Part shown: in pieces, positions 32,854-42,400 of the stretch | Position numbering within the stretch: the first letter of the stretch is position 1 | Layout: the number at the start of each line of letters is the position of its first letter | NCBI GenBank assembly: GCA_963665115.1 | Contig: OY762007.1 | Location: 7,648,001-7,712,000, forward strand | From: an uncultured Rivularia sp. | Lineage (GTDB): Bacteria > Cyanobacteriota > Cyanobacteriia > Cyanobacteriales > Nostocaceae | Length of the DNA stretch: 64,000 nucleotides | Reading direction: 5' to 3' | Position numbers and translations under genes: made by a program | Notes under the pieces: generated by a model | Seen by the model: only the letters and a program-made list of their open reading frames with translations | Told to the model about the DNA's origin: nothing | Databases searched by the model: none

Positions 32854-33190
32854 GAAACACAAAGATTAGATAAAGTTCCCGATTTTTTAATAAAGAAATG
32901 GCAAGAAATTCAAAAAATATTTCATGTACTTAGTCTACACTAACCCTTTTCTTTGCCTGTAGTACCTTAAGATGGAATTTCTCTAATATCATTTGCTTTC
33001 TTACTGTAATTATAACGAAATTACACTCCAATCCATCTGCCTTTTTACTACGATTTTAGTCTATTACCTATTTCTCGAATTGTCATGCATTTTACAAATT
33101 TTAATATTATTAATAATTTTTTAATAACTATGTGTTGATTTAGGGAATAAACGTCATTCAATATTATTTTTCTGTTTGCAAATAATAATT

Positions 33191-33263
33191 GGGGGAGAGG
33201 GTAGAGGGGGAAGAGGGGGAAGAGGGGGAAGAGGGGGAAGAGGGGGCAAGGGGACAAGGGGAA
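33191..33263. repeat. GGGGGAAGA-type tandem repeat
   Basis: Direct inspection. Confidence 0.9.
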
Positions 33264-33282
33264 GAATAACTGATTGTTAAAT

Positions 33283-33394
33283 ATTAGTAGTCTGCTACAT
33301 TAATTTTGACGGGTTCGTTTTTGCGGGAAACGTCGGTAGACGTAGCACTGCTACGTCTCTACAACCCATAGGAATTAATGAAATCTACTACTAA
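33283..33394. mobile_element. MITE-like element, family A
   Basis: TAGTAG..CATTAATT / AATTAATG..CTACTA inverted ends; central GACGTAGCACTGCTACGTC palindrome. Confidence 0.75.
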
Positions 33395-33411
33395 CTCCTA
33401 ACTCCTAACTC

Positions 33412-35863
33412 CTAACTATTAATCCCTGATTTACTTAATTTACCCATTCCTCCGAAGTAAGCCAGCCAAAGTACTACTACGAGCCAGTGGATGAAGATGA
33501 TTATCCATGCTGAACCTGTTAGGGCGTAGGTGATGGTGCAGGTAAGTCCCTAAGAGGGTTGCTAAAAGTAGGAACTGAGGATCAAAAAAGGTGGGGTATC
33601 CATCTTTGTAAAAAGTTTTGGCGTTGAGGGGATGGTAAATAACGAATATGAGTAAACTTAATCCTGCCCACAGACTCCATTGCCAGTTGACTGCTGCGGT
33701 GGGATGGGGAAGAAATAAAACTCGGAAAAATAATTCTTCTGTAATGGCGGGTGTAATTAAGCAACGCAATATTAAGAAAAAGTATTCGATGGGTTTCGCC
33801 GATAAAATTTGTAACTGCAAAAATCCGGTGGAGAAGCCTAAAGGTATTGCTATGACTGTGTAGATTAAAAGTGCCAAAGCTGCGATCGCCCAATCATGCA
33901 AGGTTGGGATGAATGCGGAAGCTAAGATGCGGTTGAGAAGAATTGAAATTATAGACACGTTGGTAAAAGGAAGTTTTATTTCACCGAGTAGGGGTGTGGG
34001 TGCCAAAGGTGCAATTTCTGGGTTCCATCCTCCGACTTGATTAGTTTTTAGAAACCATAGTTTTGCTTTTTGTTTCCAGAATAAAGCGGCTAGCTCATCT
34101 TGTGCTTGTCTGGGCATCATTGTTCGCCAGCTTGTTAATGCAGCCCATATACTTGAATCTCTGAAAGTTTCTTTGGTGTCACCGATCCCCGCTAAAATAT
34201 CTACGCCACTTTCCCAATCGGCTCGTACTATTCCCAAGGGAAGTAATTGTTTTTCTAAGGCTGAGCTTAATTTAACTAATTTTTGGAAGCGTAAGGTTTG
34301 GAGATGATTGGGATGTGTTTGCAGCCAGTTTTGAATTTTAGGGCTTGATTTAATTTTTTGTTTGATAGTTTGGATAGCAGTGTAAAGTGCCTGGGAAGAG
34401 TCTTGAATGCAGGAAGTTGCTGGCGTGACGGTGGCACTTCCGGTACCGTCTCCGACTCGGTAGCGTGCCATCATAATTTTTAGCTGACGCTCAAATTCGG
34501 TTAATGGTGAAATGGTGATGTTATCAAAATTGTAATCTTGAGTAACTGGGGCAAATTTGACGAGAATATCAACAACTGGACGAGTATGAAGCCATCCTCG
34601 CTGCAAGTTACCCATGTAGTTTGCCCAAGTATGCGTACCGGAAATGATTCCATCGGAGTTATGAGCGTAAATTTGATGGTATTTAACGTTAAATTCTAAT
34701 TCTTTGGTAAAGGGGCTGCGGATTACTTCGGCGATACCAAATGCAAAGTGTCCGGTAATTGTTTTCGGTACACCCAAAGCTTCGGCTTTTTCACCACCGA
34801 TGCCGCCGAAAACGTTTAATACTATGGCTTTGTCTCCTTCTTGCCATTTAGAAACGGGATATTCAAATTCGGTTGAGGTGGGATCGATTAATACTCTTGT
34901 TAATTTACCTTTATCTTCAGGTGTAATTTCCCAATATCTTTTAAGATAATTTTGTGCGGTTTGCGGTTTTAAAATTAGATTATCGGGTTGCAGTTGAAAT
35001 AAAGAATATGGCGCTAATGCTTGGACGGTAAATATACCTTCTTTATTTTTAGCTCCGTAAATATACCATCTTTTATTTACCATCGGTCCTGCTAATTTAT
35101 TGGTTGTTGATGGAGGGATATTTCTTGTATCTGCAACTTGTTGGGGTATATAAACCGTTTCTTCTATATTGAATGCATCTATATCAGGGTTGTAATGAAG
35201 AACTTTGAAGAGTTGTTTGTTATGCGAATCAATTTGTACTAAAGCATAAAAGCGTCCAGTGGCTAAAACTGGTTCCTCGTTAATTTGTAAAATTTCTTGG
35301 TTATTAACTTCTACAAATTCAGCATCATCTAAAGTAACAATTACATCATCATTTGGTCTGGTACCCGCAAGCGATCGCAATGGTGTAACTAGGGAATTAT
35401 TTAATCGTTGGGGATGAATGTTTCCTTGTTTTTGGCTCTCGAAAGTTGCAGGTGTGAAGTTAACGTCTCTAGTAACTGCTTTGACGTAGGATTTTAACTG
35501 CGGTTGATTTTGCCATTCTAAACGGACTACTTTTCCGATCGGATTTTCTGCTTCAGGTGGTGCGTGTTGAACTTCAAACCATACCCAGTCGGGATTACTG
35601 GAATCGCTATTGATTTCTTGCTTTTTAGGTAAAATTAATCTTCCCACCCAATTACCAACTGGTTGATAAAATTTTGGATTAACGGTTTGAGTTAAAGGAT
35701 AATAATTTGGTTGATTGAAGCTTTGTTGGGAGTGGATTGAATAATTACTTTGTTGGCTAGCTACAAGTTGTTGTATGAAAGTAAGGCTTATACAAATAGT
35801 AAGTATAATTACGAGTATTTTTTGACTAAACCTCCCGCTTCTCGATAATTTACGCTTGTGCAT
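33412..35863 (-). CDS. CPBP (CAAX/Abi) intramembrane protease with large N-terminal soluble domain (frameshift at ~33549)
   Basis: EELFFR and F..YH motifs; removing one G gives LGLTCTITYALTGSAW...IHW to TAG at 33412. Confidence 0.8.
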
Positions 35864-36409
35864 ATTTTGAGTGCTTTTGTATGCCGATAGTGTAACTAAT
35901 GTAGAGGTTAACAATTGTTACTTGGTTCGGCAATATTAAGTAGGTTTGTAGTAAGGACTTTAGTCCTCTGATAAAAGGGCTTAAGCCCTTACTACGAACC
36001 TTTTCTCATAAGGATTTATCTTTAACAAGATTTAATTTAATTTTTCACTACTTGCTTAAGCTAGAAACTAGTATATGTACGGGTTTGATATAAATTTAAC
36101 TATCGACAACCGTATTATTGAGTATTTTATTTTGATAAAGACTGGTAGAAAGTAATGACAATAGTAGTGAAAATATGTAATTTTAGATTCATACAAAAAC
36201 AGTCACTCCTTACTTTATAAGTCAGTTATTAGGTTGTTTTAGTAAAAGGTAAATGTAATGGTAGTTGCTTTTCTCTGTACTGCGACTATCATTTTTTTAT
36301 TAGTTTAAATTTAGATAAATAAAGATATAATAAACCGGGTTTGTATTCATAAAAATGAAATAATCAACCCGGCTTTTATAACAGGGAATGACTTTTAAAT
36401 TAAACAGTT

Positions 36410-37363
36410 TTAACGCAGCCAGTTAAGCAAATCATCCATCGCTGTAAAATCTAATAAAGCCTCACCAAGTGCTTCTAATCGCTCTAAGGAAAGAGCTTGA
36501 ATTTCTTCGATTACCTCTTGCGGTAACTCTCCCACACGTCTTTGTAGTAGTCGTATAACAAGATTTTGCTCACCTTCTTCTTTCCCTTCTTCTTTCCCCC
36601 GCTCGTAACCAATGCGCTCGCCAGTGGTAATGTAACTCATAGTTCGCTCCTGTTCAAATTCTTTAAATTCTTGCCAAAATTCTGCTTCCAATGCTTTTGG
36701 TAAAATCATAACCCAATCGATAAATCGGTAAAGGTTACGAATATCCTTTTCTTGCAATCCCTGTTCGTACAATCGCCGAATCAAACTAAATTTCCAAGTT
36801 TTTCGCTCTTTTAGTTTTTTACTGGTTTGCTGTGTTTTTAAATGTGCCATTACCACCGTTGCAAATGGATTATCGCTGGCTTCTAATTCCGCCCAACGGC
36901 TTTGATAATCGAGAAGTTTCACGCTTCCAAATCTAAAGTGCAGGCTGCAATCGGGAAAATCATAGCTGTATTGATTTGGTCGCCAGTTTGCGTCGGTGTC
37001 GCATAATATTGCTAGGCTAATTGTTGGTTTGGAGAATTTATCAAAAATTCGCAGGTTATAGGTAAACATCCTTTGGGGAAAGATATCTTCCGGTTTGGCT
37101 TGAATTTCTGCATGAATTAATAACCAAGTTTCTTCTCCATTAGTTTGCCAAACTTTTACTAATTTATCCGCATATCTCCTACCCTGCTCGGCATCACGAG
37201 CAATTTGTTGAAATTCCTTATCGAGAAACTCGTGCGGACGTTTCCAGTCTATCAATGCTGCTGTTTGGGGAAAGAAAAACTGCATCGCTTGGGGAAAATA
37301 TGCTTCTAGAATTTCTTTCCACGGCGAATCATTATCGGCTCTTTCTAATTCTTCTTCATCCAT
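36410..37363 (-). CDS. Rpn/PD-(D/E)XK nuclease-like protein with C-terminal DUF4351
   Basis: DSPWKE, ADKLVKV, HAEIQ, RMFTYN; C-terminal LEALGEALLDF...L..WL. Confidence 0.85.
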   Translation of the reverse strand: MDEEELERADNDSPWKEILEAYFPQAMQFFFPQTAALIDWKRPHEFLDKEFQQIARDAEQGRRYADKLVKVWQTNGEETWLLIHAEIQAKPEDIFPQRMFTYNLRIFDKFSKPTISLAILCDTDANWRPNQYSYDFPDCSLHFRFGSVKLLDYQSRWAELEASDNPFATVVMAHLKTQQTSKKLKERKTWKFSLIRRLYEQGLQEKDIRNLYRFIDWVMILPKALEAEFWQEFKEFEQERTMSYITTGERIGYERGKEEGKEEGEQNLVIRLLQRRVGELPQEVIEEIQALSLERLEALGEALLDFTAMDDLLNWLR

Positions 37364-37433
37364 GAGTTAATTAGTAGATGGTACCCATGTTCTAATCATA
37401 GGATGTAAGAAGCCAGTGTTTTTAGCTGTTTTT

Positions 37434-38176
37434 CTAAATAATTTGCGATAAAAATTTACGAGTTCGTTCTTCTTGAGGATTAGAGAAAAAGTTATCGGGT
37501 GTAGCTGCTTCTACGAGAGTTCCCCCATCCATCAAAACTACTCTATCGGCAACTTCGCGAGCAAATCCCACTTCATGGGTAACTACTACCATTGTCATCC
37601 CTTCATCAGCAAGGTTTCGCATCACGTCAAGTACTTCTCGCACCATTTCTGGATCTAAAGCTGAAGTGGGTTCATCGAACAACATTATTTTAGGCTGCAT
37701 TGCTAAAGCACGGGCGATCGCTACTCGTTGTTGTTGTCCCCCCCCGAAAGTTGTCCTGGATATTTCTGCGCTTGTTCTAAAATTCCAACTCTTTCTAATA
37801 ACTGCATTGCCAATTCTTCGGCTTTAGGTTTGGCTAATTTACGTACCCAAGTTGGAGCTAAAGTAATATTTTTGATGACGCTCAGATGAGGAAATAAATT
37901 GAATTGTTGAAACACCATTCCCACTTCACGACGAATGGTTTCAATATTTTTTAAATCGTGGCTCAGGGTAACACCATCAATTTCGATTTTGCCTTTTTGA
38001 TATTCTTCCAAAGCATTAAAAGTACGAATAAAAGTTGATTTCCCAGAACCAGATGGCCCCATTAATACCACAACTTCCCCACGATTTACTGTTAAACTCA
38101 CACCTTGGAGAACGTGGAATTTACCGTACCATTTATGAACTTCTTCGGCGATTATTATTGGGTTTTGTTGTGACAT
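37434..38176 (-). CDS. bgtA: Polar amino acid ABC transporter ATPase (BgtA/AapP-like), frameshift in a G8 run
   Basis: [23 protein letters not shown] restored by G8->G6 at 37738-37745; [10 protein letters not shown]. Confidence 0.85.
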
Positions 38177-38203
38177 TTTAATTTAAGAGAGAGGGGGAAG
38201 AGG

Positions 38204-38247
38204 GGCCACTTGCGTGCGGGGGTTCCCCCCGTTGAGCAAAGTGGCGT
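38204..38247. repeat. Palindromic small dispersed repeat nested in a GGGGAAGA tract
   Basis: GCCACTT-GCGTG-CGGGGGTTCCCCCG-TTGAGCA-AAGTGGC with nested stems. Confidence 0.65.
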
Positions 38248-38361
38248 GGGGAAGAGGGGGGAGATGGGGAGATAGGGAGAAAATTATTAATTATCAACTT
38301 CTAACTGGTTACTGATTACTGCTTCTTTGAAAGCCGATTAGCACAAGAAACAATACCCACG

Positions 38362-38913
38362 TTACCGTACTTGAATAGAGTTATCTCTATACCCCATTTT
38401 GACATCCCTTAGAAGATTTAAATTTGATGGTGCTATAAAAATAACAGGTTTATTTATGTAGTAATTCGGTCTTAGTATATCAGGTTGCAAAAAACGATTA
38501 TCTGCTATGGGTATCACACTGGTGGATTTGTTGCCATAATAAACTTTGATTCTTTGAGGATAAACTCTCAAAGGAACGTTACCCGTATTATGTAGTTTAG
38601 CTCTGACAACATAAACATCGTGTCCTGAAAGTAGGAGTAGCACATATGCAGCTACTTCGGGGCCATTGGCGTTAAAAATGAATCGTGTTGCTGCCCCGGC
38701 AAGCTCTAAAGGTGCGATATTCCAATTGAAATCTAAACGTGCAACAGTCTGAGCTATTAATTGCTTATCTTTTAAACCATAAGATAAAGAAGTTTCGGAG
38801 ATATTATTAGTATCTTCCGTAATAATTGGGGTAACAATTTGCTTTGCATTAGCAATTGTTGGAGAAGTAATCGATAAACTTAATGCTGCGATACCTGCAA
38901 GTAATTTATTCAT
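38362..38913 (-). CDS. Secreted hypothetical protein
   Basis: Signal peptide (ANA-K), LIAQ motif, C-terminal beta-rich domain. Confidence 0.7.
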   Translation of the reverse strand: MNKLLAGIAALSLSITSPTIANAKQIVTPIITEDTNNISETSLSYGLKDKQLIAQTVARLDFNWNIAPLELAGAATRFIFNANGPEVAAYVLLLLSGHDVYVVRAKLHNTGNVPLRVYPQRIKVYYGNKSTSVIPIADNRFLQPDILRPNYYINKPVIFIAPSNLNLLRDVKMGYRDNSIQVR

Positions 38914-39003
38914 TTCACTGTTTAATCTTTCAATACCTGCATGATATGTGGGTGCTAAATCAAAGAAAATAGGATGAAAATAAATTAAAATAAATTGGAG
39001 TAA

Positions 39004-39351
39004 TTATCTTCTTAAATCGTATGCCCAGTAAGCTGTACTAAGTTTGAGAGTTCCATCTTCATAGTAGTTAACAGCGATAATTCGTAATCCTCTTAATCTA
39101 TCGATAAATTTTTCGTAGAGAGTATATTGCAAACTTTTATCTAATAGCGTCCAGGTTTTGGCGTGGGAATGATATTCAAATTTTCCATAAGCGATCGCCA
39201 GTTTAATCATGTCCCAATTAATTGCTCTTTGTTGCAAGCGTCGGTTGAAGTGATTGCGATCTTTTGCACAAGAGAATATTTTAATTTGGGGTAGATTTGT
39301 GATTATGTCATCGGAGTTGATTAATTGATTTAATTGCTTTTGGAATTTCAT
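39004..39351 (-). CDS. DUF4258-like small protein (possible RNase/toxin fold)
   Basis: HF..RLQQRAI....I..AI.YG and C-terminal STAYW pattern. Confidence 0.6.
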   Translation of the reverse strand: MKFQKQLNQLINSDDIITNLPQIKIFSCAKDRNHFNRRLQQRAINWDMIKLAIAYGKFEYHSHAKTWTLLDKSLQYTLYEKFIDRLRGLRIIAVNYYEDGTLKLSTAYWAYDLRR

Positions 39352-39459
39352 CGGTTTTACCTTCAGTTAATTTAACTGAAGGCATGGTAAAACCGTTCCA
39401 AAATAAAGGTAAACTGGAGCTAAATAAATAATAATAAATGTTGTTAAAGGCAGTATTGT

Positions 39460-42400
39460 TTACTCGTCACCAATACCATCGCAGATTTTGCGGTCTTCTT
39501 CGCTGACGTTGGGGTTATTAGTTATGTAACCTCGTGCCCAGTTGCAACCGCGTTTCATTGTTTCGTTTAAGTTTAAACTCCACAATTTAATCGTATCCTC
39601 CGAACCCTCATTCGGAAAAAAACCACTTATGGAAGCAATTGTTTGACCATCAGGACTAAATACTATATGTTCAACAGAATACTCTGGAAATTTTTCTTGA
39701 TGAATTAGAGTCTGTAGTAATCGACCTTTTAAATTCCATAATTTGATAGTATCATCCCAACTAGCAGAAGCAATAATCTGACCATCGGGACTAAAGGTTA
39801 TATCAACAACAGGACGAGTATGTTGATCTAAATTATGTAGTAATTGACCATTTAAGTTCCACAACTTAACACTATTGTCGTCACTAGCAGTAGCAATAAT
39901 CTGACCATCAGGACTAAAGATTATTTCATTGACCGAATCAAGATGACCTTTTAAAGTGTGGAGTAATTGACCATCTAAATTCCACAACTTAACACTATTG
40001 TCGTCACTAGCAGTAGCAATAATTTGACCATTGGGACTAAAGGTTATATCTCTTGCTGGATTAACGCGATCATTGAGCTCATGAAGTGATTGACCTTTTA
40101 AATTCCATAATTTGACAGTATTATCCCACAAACTAGCAGCAATTGTTTGACTATCGGGACTAAAAACTAACTTCTTTATCCTACCACTAATACCTTCTAG
40201 GGTATGTAGTAATTTACCTTCTAGATTCCACAACTTAACACTATTGTCGTCAATAGCAGTAGCAATAATTTGACCATCAGGACTAAAAATTATGTCATTG
40301 ACCGAATTCAGATGACCTTTTAAAGTGTGGAGTAATTGACCTTCTAGATTCCATAATTTGACAGTATTATCGTAGCTGGCAGTAGCAATAATCTGACCAT
40401 CAGGACTAAAGGTTATATCTGTTACCAAATTTACATGACCTTTTAAAGTATGAAGTAACTTACCTTTTAAATTCCATAGTTTGACACTATAGTCTTTCAA
40501 TCTATGACTCTCAGTAAAACTAGTAGCAGTTGCAATAGTCTGACTATCTGGACTAAAAGCAATATCACGTACTAACTTAAAGGTAGAGAGTAATTGACTT
40601 TTTGTCCGCAATAATCTTATGGCATTAGATATCTCATTACTATGAAAAGCAATAATTTGACCATTATTACTAAAAGCTATATTCTTGACTATATTATTCA
40701 GATTGGCATCTTGTAGAGTATAAAGTAATTCACCTTTTAAAGTCCATAATTTTACCGTTCTGTACTCAACGTCCTCACTAGAAATCATTATTTGACTATC
40801 AGGACTAAAAGCTATCTGATTGATATAAGTATTGCGTATCACATTTAATACTTGACCGTTAAAGTCCCATACTTGTACTATATTATCTCTAGTACTAATA
40901 GCAGCAATTTTTTGACCATCAGGACTAAAGATTATTTCATTTATATCATCTATCTCACTGCTAAGACCGTCAAATTCCTTTAGTAATTGACCTTCTAAAT
41001 TCCATAATTTAACTGTCTTGTCTTCACTTATAGAAGCAATAGTCCGACCATCAGGACTAAGGATAAGGAATCTCTCACCTACTATCTCAACATTTTGTAA
41101 CTGTTGGTCTTTTAAATTCCATAACTTTACTGTATTATAATTAACATTAAAAGCAAGCATTTGACTATCAGGAGTAAAGACCATTCTCGTTCTATCACTT
41201 CTATCAGATAATTCAAAAAGATTTATATAATTAAACTTAGAAAAATAGATGCTTTCTAGGGTATGGAGTAATTGACCATTTAAGTTCCACAATTTAACAC
41301 TATTGTCTCCACTAGCAGTAGCAATTATTTGACCATCGGGACTAAAGATTATTTCATTGACCGAATCAAGATGTCCTTCTAAGGTATGGAGTAATTGACC
41401 ATTTAAGTTCCACAATTTAACACTATTGTCGCCACTAGCAGTAGCAATTATTTGACCATCGGGACTAAAAAATATTCCATTTATCTTACCATTATGACTT
41501 TCTAAGGTATGAAGTAATTGACCATTTAAGTTCCATAAATTAACACTATTGTCGTCACTAGCAGTAGCAATTATTTGACCATCGGGACTAAAAAATATTC
41601 CATTTATCTTGCCATTATGACCTTCTAAGGTATGGAGTAACTGACCATCTAAATTCAATAGTTTGACAGTATTATCGTTACTAGCAGTAGCAATTATTTG
41701 ATCGTCGGGACTAAAAAACATTCCATTTATCTCGCAATTATGACATTCTAAACGATTGAACTCGTTTACTCCATTTACTCTATAAAATGCGTTTTGTAGA
41801 TTACCTAAAACACTAATTCTGGTTTCTAGATCAACTCCAAGCCAAACTTTTCTCATCTTACTAGCTGCTTTGACACCAGTAACTATAGAGTCAAAAAGCC
41901 GATTTGAATTTATCAACATCTCAGAAGAATTATTCAGAGCATTGATTTCATTAATAGTTGCTCGACGCAATTGCCACAAGGCAGCACCAGCTACCATTGA
42001 AATTGCGACTATCCCCCCAGTTAAACCACCAATAATCTGACGCTGACGACGTTTAGCTAATTTTTCACCCTTATCTCTTGCTTGAATACTAACATTGATA
42101 AACTGATTACTATTTACAGAAAGTTCATCAGCATAATTAACATAAAACTCTTCATATTTTCCTAAAGCACCCTTCGACAACAAAAAACCATCTCGCTTCC
42201 CATTTTCCTCCCAATCATCTGCTTTTTGATTAATTTCTTTAATTAAGCGATATTTCTCCCGATTCTTCTCCAACCACCATTTCAGTGCTTCCCAATCTCG
42301 TAATAAAATTTCGTGAGCTATTTCTACTGTTACTTTATCTTTGCTTTGATTGCTAACAGTTTCTTCTTCAACAGCAGCTACAGCTAAATCGCTTTTTTGC

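Noticed and set aside
33048..33257. ORF with PLF repeats
   Set aside because: Translation of the GGGGGAAGA tandem repeat
36410..37363. Insertion sequence or the recombinase for the inversion
   Set aside because: Rpn/DUF4351 family protein with no terminal repeats or target duplication; not a tyrosine or serine recombinase
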